A DNA stretch of 63,990 bases, the filler included, from Asterionella formosa (taxonomy: Eukaryota): NCBI GenBank assembly GCA_002256025.1. It is 17 parts of 17 records of this genome, joined end to end, with 100 filler letters (N's around TTAATTAATTAA, not from the genome) between each part and the next. Parts side by side here need not be neighbours in the genome. Positions count along the whole stretch, not along the records: positions 21,465 to 42,799 come from NKIB01003033.1; positions 42,900 to 44,212 come from NKIB01003054.1; positions 44,313 to 45,625 come from NKIB01003055.1; positions 45,726 to 47,038 come from NKIB01003056.1; positions 47,139 to 48,451 come from NKIB01003057.1; 12 more parts are not named here. The stretch is one strand, 5' to 3'. Below, piece after piece: positions 36,420 to 48,551 of this stretch. A program made the translations under genes and the position numbers. Below the pieces are notes generated by a model. That model saw nothing but the letters and a program-made list of their open reading frames with translations, searched no databases and had not been told where the DNA came from. Every line of letters begins with the position of its first letter. Position 1 is the first letter of the stretch.

Positions 36420-39346
36420 AATTGATAGTTCGGTTCAATTTTAGCTAAGCGGGAACGACGTTCTGATAAGGCTGCTGAAATTGAAGACTCTTGATAACCT
36501 CATATGGACGAGTTTTGAACCGAATTACGACCTTTGTAGTGATTGAGCTCATTGACCAATTGATAATATCCTTTGGCAAGTGCAAAATGTTTTTCCCTCA
36601 GTTTGTCATGTACTTGTTGGTCTGTGCGATTAGAAAATTTATGATATGGTACTATGCCGTCCATCTGCATCCGGGAGTGTTTAATAGCATCATTGACAGG
36701 AGCCATTTTTCTTGTATCAACAACTGAAAAAGAAACGTCATCATTGCTGTCAGTATCAATTACGGGAGCCTTTGTACTATTAGCTGATGGTGTCCCCATC
36801 AACGTTGGGGTACTACCCCCACTAACTCCCTGTCGCAGATTGGTTTCCTTTGGATAATCGCCGATTCGCTTTTTCTTTGTAAACTCATTTTGGTACTTGC
36901 TTCTTTGTTCCATACCGGCAGTATTTGCCACATGTCGCTTGTTTGTTCCATGAACCTCTTTATGGTTTTTTGAAGACATTGTATTACTAGATAACTGTTG
37001 TCGTTATCTTCCATAAAATTCAATGATCTTAAATTCAGGTGTTGCTAGTTACAATGAAATGAATCATCAGCCACTACAAATAATATTTTACCATGTCTAG
37101 ATATGATGATACCATAAGATCAACAGTGCTATTTACATTATCATATACAAAATCAGAACCGAGTTTGAGTAATAGCATATCTTGTTTTCAATTATACGAT
37201 TATACAATCCTGAAACTATGATGCTTTACTGTCCCACTGTAGTAGCAACAGTCCTGAACATATGGTGTTCTGTTGCTCGCTTACTACTCCGACTGCCCTC
37301 TTTCAATTTTACGATCATACGGTCCTGAACTTATGATGCTTTACTGTCCCACTGTAGTAGCAACAGTCCTGAACATATGGTGTTCTGTTGCTCGCTTACT
37401 ACTCCAACTACCCTCTTTCAGTTTTATGATTATATGATCCTGAATCTATGATGATTTACTGTCCCGCTGCAATAGCAGCAGTCATGAACATATGGTGCTC
37501 TGTTGCTCGCTTACTACTCCGACTACCCTCTTTCGGTTTTACAATCATACAATCCTGAAACTGTGATGATTTACTGTCCCACTGCCGTTTAACAGTCCTG
37601 AACATATGGTGTTCTGTTGCTCGCTTACTACTATGACTACCCCCAGTATATCACTTCCTACTTGCTACTGGTAGACTACTCTGTATATATTTATATGATA
37701 AAATGTTATTGTCATATGATGTACCGGTACACATGAAGAACTCCTGCCCAAAAAAGGAGCTTAAACAATTTGCTACCAAAATCCTTGCGTATAAATTATG
37801 ATACAAATGGGTTATGACTTACACCAATTGAATGGTCTAACTAGTTAGTTCCAACGGACGTAAAAAATATTGATGCAAACAAATTTCAGAAACAATACCG
37901 GTACACGTCGTCGTGGAAAACAATGGACATATAGTGCATTGAATATTTTCGAATTATATATATGCGAATATGATCATCTCAACAATACCAGATGTTCCAT
38001 ATTGAGAGTGCCTTTGAATTTTATAAATGTACGACACTTGATATATTTATATATTTACAAATTTTATGACTATATCCATGGCATATATATTTGAAATCGT
38101 TCTGTCATGTTAACAAACAATGCCTGCTTCATGAAAAGAAACACCGTAGTAAAGCACATGACAAGAAAACAATTTTAACCAATACATAACGAAAAACATT
38201 GTGGCTTCGACACATTACGACTTCGAAGGATGGAGTATGTTCAAGGTAATGAAGCCATCAATGTGGTACTTGGATGACAATCGTTGGGAGGCAGGACAAC
38301 AACAAATTGTAAACTAAATGCACATTTCCTTTTTTCTCAGTTGATTCAACAGCTGGTTTCGCTTGTTGGGGAGCACCAATGTAAAACAAAACCAAATTGC
38401 GTAAGTGCTCTTGTCGCTCGTTGGACCTATTCACTTCTGTTGGAACAAAACTGATAAAATGTTTACCTTCTCTCAAAGTTAAGCTAACGAAAATGAATCG
38501 GTAAGTTTTATTCGACAACATTGGAAACCCCCTGAAACTTACTTATTCAAGATTTTACTGACAATTTACTATTACAGACTTATGCATCATTTGATTTGAA
38601 TTGTGGTAAGTGAAGCAAACAAGAGGATACGATGGAATGGTGTATTGTTGTGTCAGTGTAACATGTCTAGCTAACAAGTCATTCCTTCTCATGCTCATTG
38701 TTACTGTAACTGCATAGGATAATAAAACCGATCAAACAACGGAATAGTCGGCGAGTTCAGAATGACACTAACAGCAGGGAGAGAGACGCAACATTAGTAA
38801 GGCATTGCTTGGCACAAGATTTAGAATAGAGGAAGTAAAGGGTGAGACAGGAATATACATTGAGACAAGTGGAGAGGTGAGAAACATTCCTCGGGTAGCT
38901 GTCGAAACAGAAATATCATTGTTAAATTTGTTAATTAAATTACGATCTATTCCAATCCTTTTTGTACAATGCTTGTGATTAGAATTATGATCATGTTTAA
39001 GATAGATTTACGATGAAACAATTCACATGATAGCATAGAGTTGAGCTGATTTTAGGATGCGTTGTAGTAATGATTTACATCGGGCAATCACAAGAAGTGA
39101 AAATAATATGAGAAGGTTTATGATATTGATGAGAAATGTTGTTGATCAGTTTATATACATTGTGTGATGATAATGTTCTTAATATTATTATACTTCAAGG
39201 TCGGTAAAAAATTAATAAATCATCATAGTTACAAGATACCTTGATCATAGTTTTGATCCAAAAATTATCATAGATACGAAAATCCTGTGCCACGTAGCGT
39301 ACGACACCCTTGATCCTATATGCATGACACTTTTTATTTGCAGACG
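36420..39346. repeat. Dispersed AT-rich repeat family (unclassified, probably transposon-derived)
   Basis: Long homologous stretches occur in 42900-44212 (opposite strand), 54301-55256 and 61267-62578. Left boundary is uncertain. Confidence 0.85.
37185..37645. repeat. Tandem repeat, 115-bp unit x4, inside the dispersed family
   Basis: Marker TACTGTCCC at 37227, 37342, 37457 and 37572. Confidence 0.9.
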
Positions 39347-40039
39347 TCATGCTAACAGTTCCCACTTCCAAACTACAGATGTAGACTGGAAAATGATACA
39401 TTGAAAATGTTTTGTATGCTCTGTGGGTGATCTTCGATGTGTTGATTGTTGTTTATATCATTCCATAAAAGCAGTATTCAGCCCTTCTAGTCCAGACTGA
39501 TCTGTGTCAAGAATTTTTCTTGCTGAGATTGGCTCACGACTAAATATTGCTAGTAGATCGACTTCCACATCTTTGCCTTCAACATGTGTAGCCCTTTTAA
39601 TTAGGAGAAAATACTATTCAATGATGCATCTAAATTTAAAGGAAAGTAACAATAAGGTTTTCAAATTTAGCCTCAAAGAGAGACTGAAATCAGCCTAATG
39701 AGCCAGAAAGAACCTGGCTATAATTCACTCCCAATCATTCTTCCCACCATACCACCTGCAGAGCAAGATAGGCCAACTTTTGACGAAAACGATATTTCTT
39801 TAAGTAATTTAGGAAAATGTTTTTCTTATTTGCTGATTGATGACGATTTGCAGGATCATACTCTGAACACAACTCGGATTTGCTGCCTTATCAACCGGGT
39901 CAGCCAACCGTCTTCTAGCTTCACAATACAAATAGAAATCATTTTACATTTAGAACTTGCTGGCAACGACTACTAGAATTTGCTGACAAAGACTAGAACT
40001 TGCAGGCAAATACAAATAGATTTTCTGAAAGACCCTTAC

Positions 40040-41356
40040 TAGCTAATTGAATTGTTGAACAAACATTTGGTAGTGGTAAGAAGGTCTGCCATCTTGGTGC
40101 TAACATGGCCATGTAGATGCTGACCCAATCACCCCAGCACTCCAGCGGACTCATTGTGGAGTAGTTTTTTCAGGGTGATCGGCAGACATAATATGAATAT
40201 AGCTAGGTCTAGGTGGCTTGTTTGTGTTAGGGGATGCATGTCATGTTTGTGGATGAAGAAACAATTTTTAGCACTAGTAGTGCCAGTGGGCATGCTGGAA
40301 TTGGCCCCAAGGCTTTGGAACAACTGTTCAATCTCTAAACCATTGAAGGTGTCTCAAAGATGGGCTGTGCTACAAGTTAATTGTTCCTTGTAGCCAGCAA
40401 TCTTGCCAGTGTCTGGATGTAAAGCAGGGCCATGGAAGCAACATTCAATGACAATATTGGCTGCCAACAATGCAAAGTGATGGGAGCGGTGCACATGATA
40501 TGTTTGTTCAAGGCAGCTGGAGGGACCGGGCGCAGAGACTTGCATTGGACTTTGCGTCGTTGACAGCCCTGTATACTAGTCGCTAAGAAGTCATAAGTTC
40601 AAGCTGGTTAGTACTGTGGGCATGCAGTATAGCAGGCTTGGGGAAATACGTAAAAGGAAGTGGCCACCAGTAGGAGTGGGGGAACTGGTTTGGACTGAAG
40701 GTCCAGACCTACAAGAGGATCGTCAAAAGTGATATTCAAGGAAGGGGGTACCACCCTCAGAGACAGGTAAGAGCGCTGGAGGGTGCAGGCAAAGGGGCCA
40801 TGATAGGGTGATCAGGAATTGTAGTATGAACTGGATTGCATGGCACTTCCAGTGTAGTGTCCATCCTCCGTGGTGGAACAAGGACGCGGTTTGGTACAGT
40901 GGTATCAGGGGTGGAGGGAAACCATCATAAGGTCAAGGAGCTGTTGCAGGGTGGCGTAGTGGGTATGTGAAAGGGGAGCAACTGGAGAGCGCGAAGTGGG
41001 GTTGGCCAAAGCATGCGCAATATCTTGTAAGCTGGTCGAAATAATATCGATGGATGAATTACAAGGTAAGACCACTTTGGTAGTAAACCATGACACTGTA
41101 TTGCAGATACGCATTGAATGGGTGTCTCACATCCAAATGCAATAAGAGTCGACTGCAGGGCCCATGTACCAGCCCTCAAGGGCAAGCGGGGACCATGTCA
41201 TGCGGTGTTGTGCTTTAGCATGAACCCTACAGCCAGGGGGGGGGCAGAGGGGTATAATTTGTAATCATAGAAACCATTCACTTGGGACCATGCAGACAAT
41301 TTTGGATTGATACGGAACCCACTTAGAAAATTGAGGGTGAGTTCAGCTTTGGGGAA
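40040..41356 (-). pseudogene. Degenerate CoDi/copia pol remnant (integrase C-terminus to start of RT)
   Basis: Fragments in shifting frames: KAELTLNFLSGFRINPKLSAW, RICNTVSWF..LQDIAHAL, HPDTGKIAGYKE, MPTGT..FFIHK, VSTKMADL..KCLFN. Confidence 0.75.
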
Positions 41357-41423
41357 TGGCTTAGTGGTTAACACACCTTCTGTGGTGGCGGGTTCGATTC
41401 CTGCATTTTCCACCTCTCTTTTT
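41350..41423 (+). ncRNA. tRNA-derived sequence (pseudo-tRNA or SINE head) with Pol III A and B boxes
   Basis: A box TGGCTTAGTGG at 41357-41367, B box GGTTCGATTCC at 41391-41401, T-arm GCGGG/TTCGATT/CCTGC, imperfect acceptor pairing, T5 at 41419-41423. The anticodon/variable arm is too short for a functional tRNA. Confidence 0.5.
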
Positions 41424-41571
41424 CATGTAGTCGCTAGGGTTCTGGGGGGTGCGGTGACGAAAAGATAGGTCCCATTGTATCGTATGGACGAATAAAACCA
41501 GTACAAATTGTTTCCATTTATTTGGGCCCAAGTGCGATTATTGGATAGCTTTAGCGAACTATAAAATTTAA

Positions 41572-42799
41572 GGTTGCTGCATTTGAACCCCTAGCTCGAG
41601 GTAGGGTTAATAAAATAATATTCAGTCAGACTAATCAAACACATACTTTACAAGTATAAATTAAAAATGTATAACGCTCAACGGAGCTTTCACCAATAGA
41701 CACCCTTACCATATGCTTAAATACAGTCTTCGGACAAAGTAGGGGTGTAGGTTCACTCAATATATCGTCAGTATATAGGATCTGGTCAGAAACTGCAGAA
41801 AGGAACTTCGGTTTTTTAGCTATGCTAAAAAGACTCGAAATTTCGGGGGAAATCTGTTTATTTGGCATAGTAAAAAAACCGAAGTTCCTTTCTGCAGTTT
41901 CTCGCCAGAAGTTATATACTGGTGCTATTTGAAAGTTACCTATGTATCTAAATCGCCGTCAGACCCAGCCAACGTTTAGCTACCGTCGTCCAAAAACTCG
42001 ACAAAATCGGCCTTTTCTACGGTCGCCAAAATATCGGAATCAGAATTATTAAGTGCCGAAACATCATCATTGGAATGGCAGTCGTGTGCCGGAATTTTTA
42101 GTCCTAAAATCTCCTGTCCAAAAAATTCCATTGTAAGTACCCGCTTCCACATACATAATATGATTGGTGAGCATGAAGTACATTCCTCTGTTTGATTGGC
42201 CTGGTTTGCGAGGTCGTGCAAACCCACGCTGGCCACATTGGATTAACATGTAACATTTTCTTGGGTGTACTGACAGTCCGGTGCTATATTCACGACGGGT
42301 ACCAGTAGATGATCATCATTGGACATACCGGTACGCGTACCGCTCCTTGGGTGCACTTTCAAATATTTGCCGAGCCGCCGGGTCGTATACATGACCCATA
42401 TTCGTCGATAGGAGAATACATTGTAGTACTGGTGTATGCACATGAAGCGATGTAGAACCTAAATATATATATATATATATGTGTGTATTAAACGATTTGA
42501 ATATGTCGAACGGATTCAATGCATAGCATATAAAATCGTTAATCGGAGTATAGAGTGTCCATGCATACATGTTGATCGTATTTTAGCATATATATACATT
42601 CAGCGACTTAGAGTGTCAATATATATATTTAGCGATTTTGACAAGGAATCTATGTACGTATTCGCAAATTTCCACTGATTCAAATATTTCAAATGGAATC
42701 ACGTCATTCAAAAATAGCTAATTAAATTCTTAATTCCAGGGATTTTTCGCAACCCTAAGCAATATTTTAATTTTTGCCTAGGGGTTCAAATGCAGCAAC
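41572..42799. mobile_element. Non-autonomous TIR element (~1.23 kb), possibly PIF/Harbinger-like
   Basis: Perfect 22-bp inverted repeats GTTGCTGCATTTGAACCCCTAG (41573-41594) and its complement (42778-42799). Left flank reads TAA|GG. No long ORF. Contig ends in the right TIR, so the TSD cannot be confirmed. Confidence 0.8.
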
Positions 42800-42899
42800 N
42801 NNNNNNNNNNNNNNNNNNNNNNNNNNNNNNNNNNNNNNNNNNNTTAATTAATTAANNNNNNNNNNNNNNNNNNNNNNNNNNNNNNNNNNNNNNNNNNNN

Positions 42900-44212
42900 A
42901 TATGTTTTACTACGATATTTCTTTTCACAAAGCAGGCATTGTTTGTTAACATGACAGAACGATTTCAAATACATTCGCCATGTATATAGTCAAAAAAATT
43001 GTAAATACATCAGGTGGCGTACATAAATAAAATTCAAAGGCACTCTCAATATGGCACATCTTGTAAACCCATGATGATCATATTTGCATATACATAATTC
43101 GAAATCATTTAATGCACGATATGTCCATTGTTTTCTACGACTTCGTGTACCAGTAATGTTTCTGAAATTTTTCTTGCATCAATATTTTTATGTCAGTTGG
43201 AACTAATTATTTAGACCATTCAATTGGTGCAAGTCACAACCCATTTGTATCATTATTTATACAAGGATTTTGGTAGCTGATAATTTAAGCCCCTTATTTG
43301 GCAGGAGTTTTTCATGTGTACATAATACGATCATAACATTTTATCATATACATTAAGAGGGATCATAACATTTTATCATATATACTGGTATACAGAGTAC
43401 CAGTAGCAGGTAGGCAGTGATATCCTGGGGGTAGTCGGAGTAGTAAGAGAGCAACAGAACACCATATCTTCAGGACTGTTGCTACTGCAGTGGGACAGTA
43501 AATAATCATAGTTTCAGGATCGCATGATTGTATGATTGAAAACAAGATATGCTATTACTCAAATTCGGTTCTGATTTTTTTGTATATGATAATGTAAATA
43601 GCACTGTTGGTTTTTATGGTATCATATCTAGACAGCGTAAAATATTAGATGTAGTGGCTGATGATTCATTTCAATGTAGCTTGCAACACCTGATTTTAAG
43701 ATCATCGAACAGTAGTAAGCAAGACAACGACAATACTGCCGGTATGGAACAATGAAGCAAGTACCAAAATGAGTTAACAAAGAAAAAGCGAATAGGCGAC
43801 TATCCAAAGGGACCCAATTGGCGACAGGGAGTTAGTGGGGGTACTGACCCATTGTCGATGGGGACTCCATCAGCTACTAGTACAAAGGCTCACGTAATTG
43901 ATACTGAAAGCGATGATGAGCGACGTTTCTTTTTCAGTTGTTGATACAAGAAAAATGGCTCCTGTCGATGATACCATTAATTACTCCTGGATCATAATAT
44001 TTCTAATCGCACGGACCAACAAGTACATGACAAACTGAGGGAAAAACATTTTGCACTTGCCAAAGGATATTATCAATTGGTCAACGAACTCAATCACTAC
44101 AAAGGTCGTAATTCGGTTCAAAACTCGTCCATACGAGGTTATCAAGAATCTTCAATTTCAGCAGCCTTATCAGAACGTCGTTCTCGCTTAGCTAAAATTG
44201 AACCGATCCATC
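42900..44212. repeat. Copy of the dispersed repeat family (reverse complement of ~36425-38145) with a single 115-bp unit
   Basis: Direct sequence similarity, e.g. the shared segment encoding NELNHYKGRNSVQNSSI. Confidence 0.9.
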
Positions 44213-44312
44213 NNNNNNNNNNNNNNNNNNNNNNNNNNNNNNNNNNNNNNNNNNNNTTAATTAATTAANNNNNNNNNNNNNNNNNNNNNNNNNNNNNNNN
44301 NNNNNNNNNNNN

Positions 44313-44761
44313 ATCCTACTGTGCAAGAATATGGTTGTGCAGCACTACAGAACTTGACTGTGAATGAAAACAACAAGGTGACGATTGCTGCAGCAGGAGG
44401 TATCACTACGATTCTGTCTGCAATGAAGACTCATTCCTCCAATGCTACTGTGCAAGAAAATGGTTGTGGAGCACTTAGGAACTTGACTATTAATGAAAAC
44501 AACAGGGTAACGATTGCTGAAGCAGGAGGTATCACTATGATTCTGTCTGCAATGAAGACTCATTCCTCCAATGCTACTGTGCAAGAGCATGGTTGTGTAG
44601 CACTACAGAACTTGGCTTTGAATGAAAACAACAGAGTGAAGATATCCAATGCTGGTGCAAAAGCCGTTATTGAGGCTTCTATGCGAAATCACCCATCGAA
44701 TGCTGATGTTCAAGAAAATGGTAATGGAGCACTTCGCAATTTGACCCATTGTGGGAAATGA
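44313..44761 (+). CDS. C-terminal fragment of armadillo-repeat protein (43-aa repeats)
   Basis: Repeats of VQE.GC.AL.NL..NENN.V.IA.AGGIT.ILSAMKTHSSNAT with a 129-bp DNA period (44321, 44450, 44579, 44708). 5' end is cut by the gap. Confidence 0.85.
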
Positions 44762-45490
44762 TCATTATGGTAATAATTAGGAGGATCATTTAGTTTATAT
44801 TATTGTAATTACGGAACTGTTATGTTTTGATTATCAATAAGTAGGGTATGTTTTTGTTAAACTGTTTGTTGAAATTTACTTTTACACTCTTCTTTATGGA
44901 TGTTTCTCTGATGATGATACATACATGGTGAGCGATGCTTGTTTTGTAAACTCGTTCATTTTGCATACAGAAGGATCCATCAACATGGACATGGACATGG
45001 AGATGAATAGCACACCGTCACCATCTGGGGGTAGCCGGAATGAAACAAGTCCTTATATAATGTATTCGCAACAGCAACAAATCAGAAATGATTCCTCGGA
45101 GAAAGTGATGAGTGAGTACCAGGTACTGGTACCAAGTACCTGTCGTATCCCCGTCGTCTTGATCTACAGTATTAGGGGTTTATTATATATAGAGAGGAGG
45201 ATCAGAACAGCTGGATATGTTCCGATCCTGAGAATTTGAGAAAAAGGATTACGTATGCACTATTTACAGGAAGAGAGGAATGGATTGACCATTGGAGGTC
45301 ATTTCCATTTTTCACAATTTATATCATAATTTTAGTTTACGTTTTACATTTTAACCTTTATTATCCGGTATTGCCACTGAGAATATCGTCACTGTTTAAG
45401 ACGGTTTCTGGTTAAGAAGGTTAGCCAGCCCCCATTTTCCCTCCACTACCTAATATAAAGTTATGTATAGTGATCACGTTTTTACTATTT

Positions 45491-45625
45491 ACATAGCAAA
45501 ATACTATGGCCCATATTTCGATTCATGACGTAAGTTTGCAATATATTAGCTTTTTTGATGAAAATTTACACAGCAAAATACTATGGCCCATATTTCGATT
45601 CATGACGTAAGTTTGCAATATATTA
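45491..45625. repeat. 77-bp tandem repeat running into contig end
   Basis: AGCAAAATACTATGGCCCATATTTCGATTCATGACGTAAGTTTGCAATAT occurs at 45495 and 45572. Confidence 0.85.
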
Positions 45626-46362
45626 NNNNNNNNNNNNNNNNNNNNNNNNNNNNNNNNNNNNNNNNNNNNTTAATTAATTAANNNNNNNNNNNNNNNNNNN
45701 NNNNNNNNNNNNNNNNNNNNNNNNNTGGTGACAACAAATCAAGTACGTAGCTAAATGTAGAACAGGCTCTCCGCTTTCAATAGGTCTGTTTAATTAGTAA
45801 TGAAGCTTCATAATTCAAGAGATATGAAGTTTTTAAAGTTGATGATTATGGTTGTTTTGTATGACTATCAATATTATATTCAAATTCTGGTTTCGATTAC
45901 CTTATTGTTCACTCTAAAGCTTTTTCCTGCCACAATATTATTTGTCCGTTGCATCATCTACCCATTTATTATTAATTGTTTTCATTTTTTAAACCTTAAA
46001 TAATAATGCGTTTGCCTTTTAACTCAAATATTATTTCAGTTTTTGTGTCAATAATCTTACTTTCATTTGTTTTGATGATGGTTTGGTATAGATTTATATA
46101 GGGATTATTTACGTTCGTCACTAATTAGTGTTCTGCTTACATCAGGCTACTGGTTTGGTATTACTACTATGACAGATGTCAGCCAAGCGAGAATTTTTTG
46201 TTTGATTGCTTGTTTGCTTCTCCACCTTCGCCTCCACCTTGCTCCGCTTCCGCCTCCTTGTTTCGTCGCTTCCTTCATATTCCTCCTCTCAGCCAGCCAC
46301 CCTTCATATTCTTCCTTGACCGAAGCATGCAAGGCAGTGCGGCTGGAATTTCAATTTCCCCC

Positions 46363-47038
46363 TTATGTGTCAGCACAATTGTCAACTCCAGGCCAAGGGG
46401 GGAGAATAGGAGGGATGGTACTCGCAGCAAGAACCACAGCAGTTTTGATCTCTTCTTCTGGCGCCTGCTGGTCTCCTCGGTGTGAGGTCTCTCCCAAGCG
46501 GGTAAGTAGGGCTTGTCTTGTTTGTGGTACCGGGAAATCTCCGCTGCGTCGAAACCATCGCACAAGGATCTTAATTTCAGGAACTGACAGCATATGCTCA
46601 GGCTTGTTGGCTGCGCGTAGAGCCATAAATTTGTTTCGTAGCTTCATAAATTCATGCTGCCTTTTGTTTTGACGCTCAATAACCAGTTCCTCTGCCTTTC
46701 TCTTTCTCACCAGTGCAGATGCAAGCACATTTGGTCCAAGAGCATGAATGCCAGCAGATGCCAATAGGCCGGCAGAGATTCTTTTCTTGTGGGAGTCGAG
46801 ATGGGCGTGGGCAGTTTCCTTGCGCTGACGGGCTTGGGCATCAAGGTCGATTCCATTTCGAGCATCTTCACGATTCCTGTATTCAACAACACGGTCAACT
46901 AGAGTGCCAGCATATCCATCTGACAGCTTTAATTCTTGGGGAGAAGTAGCATTTCCAGTGTTGTTGTTTTGGGTGCCATTTTTCAATGTTGTCTTTGTAA
47001 GTTGGATTTCAGAGTGATTGAGAACATTATAGTTGAGT
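46363..47038 (-). mobile_element. C-terminal part of a pogo/CENP-B-like transposase-family ORF
   Basis: Open from the contig edge (LNYNVLNHSEIQLTK..LSDGYAGTLVDRVVEY..EIKILVRWFRR). Homologous to the element in 47139-48451. Superfamily call is by recall only. Confidence 0.5.
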
Positions 47039-47499
47039 NNNNNNNNNNNNNNNNNNNNNNNNNNNNNNNNNNNNNNNNNNNNTTAATTAATTAANNNNNN
47101 NNNNNNNNNNNNNNNNNNNNNNNNNNNNNNNNNNNNNNGTATTATAGAGATTATTACTGAACAAATTTTTCTTCGTGTCGCCAGAAAATATTGTCAGTTG
47201 GCCCCAAAAATTATGTGGGTTTCTAAAATAATTATGGAAGTTGTCGAAACTATTTTAGTTCACTCTGTCCATATATATATTGTATCATGCATCATATTTT
47301 TTTGTGATGTCATACCCTTAAATTATGTACGTAGCTAAATTCGTCATATTGGGCCACCCAAATAATTAATTTGGGTGATCATATTTGACTAGCGTTTTTT
47401 TTGTGGCGGCTGTACCAGTAATCGGCGTTGTAGATGTATCAACACCACTGCAATATCGCCCTCATCCCTACTAAGCTCCTGCCCTCCCACAAGCACAAC

Positions 47500-48413
47500 A
47501 TCAAGAGGCCGAATTGGATATGGAGAATCCTTTTCTCCACAGCAACAAGTCTCCAAATATCTTGCCAACAAGTTTTCTGGTTATTGGAAGCGGCGCATCG
47601 CTGTTGCGCTTGTACCATGTCACCACTGTTTTCAGTTCAGCTACGTTGTAGCTTTCAGCTTCCTTTCCAGTCTCTCTGATGGCCTGTACCTTCTGTGACA
47701 ATTCAAAAACCGTTGATTCAATTTCTGCTTCTTGTTTTGTTCCTGGATTTCATGCCGGTGTTTGATTTCCAGCATATGCTCAAAAAGCGGTGGTCCTAGA
47801 AAAGTGTTTCCAACAGCAAAGTGCAGTCCTGTGGTCATTCATTTGTGTGTGTCGATTGCTGCTTGTGTTGTTTGCTTTCTTTTCCTTGCATGTTCTGCTG
47901 CATCATTACCATTTCGCACATCTTCTCTGTTTATGTATTCAACAATTTGATTTGTAAGAGTTCCTGAAAGTCCTTCTTGCAGGTTGAGCTGGTCTGGTGT
48001 AATAGAGGTTCTGTTGCTGTGTTAGATTCAATTCAATGGGAAAACACCAAATTTCGTCAGCTGTATTTCAGGATTCAACAAGCAATTATAGTTCAAAGGT
48101 CCCCAGCCTCGCTCTGCTACCGCTTTTTTGTTTGTGCGTAATCTCGCAAAACTTTTTTCCCAAGAAGTGAATTTGCAAGTTGCAGTCCCTCTCGGCATGT
48201 GATGGGCGAACGCATTTTACTCAACTGATCAATGAGCTCCACAATGTAAAGTTCCACTTCAAGCATAGGTGAGAGGCATTCTGTGTTTGTTCCTTGATGG
48301 TTTTTTCTTTTTGCACATGTTCTAACTGTTTCGAAATTAATATTGACAGCAGGAAGAATACCAATTGCCTCCTTTTCTCTCAGTATTATACAGGTAAGTG
48401 TATTTCTCTTCAC
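47500..48413 (-). pseudogene. Internally deleted, frameshifted pogo/CENP-B-like transposase
   Basis: HTH-like SPMLEVELYIVELIDQLSKMRSPITCREGLQLANSL is joined near 48163 directly to WEKSFARLRTNKKAVAERGWGPLNYNCLLNPEIQLTK. Downstream frameshifts. Confidence 0.55.
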
Positions 48414-48551
48414 TCGTGATTCTCCTCCTTTTTCTTTTTCCTCTTCTCTCANNNNNNNNNNNNNNNNNNNNNNNNNNNNNNNNNNNNNNNNNNNNTTAAT
48501 TAATTAANNNNNNNNNNNNNNNNNNNNNNNNNNNNNNNNNNNNNNNNNNNN

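Noticed and set aside
37185..37645. Regularly spaced repeats as a CRISPR array
   Set aside because: The whole 115-bp unit repeats with no unique spacers, there are no cas genes, and the context is eukaryotic.
41350..41414. Functional tRNA-His(GTG)
   Set aside because: The anticodon stem and variable loop are incomplete and the D-stem is poor. Kept only as a tRNA-derived sequence.
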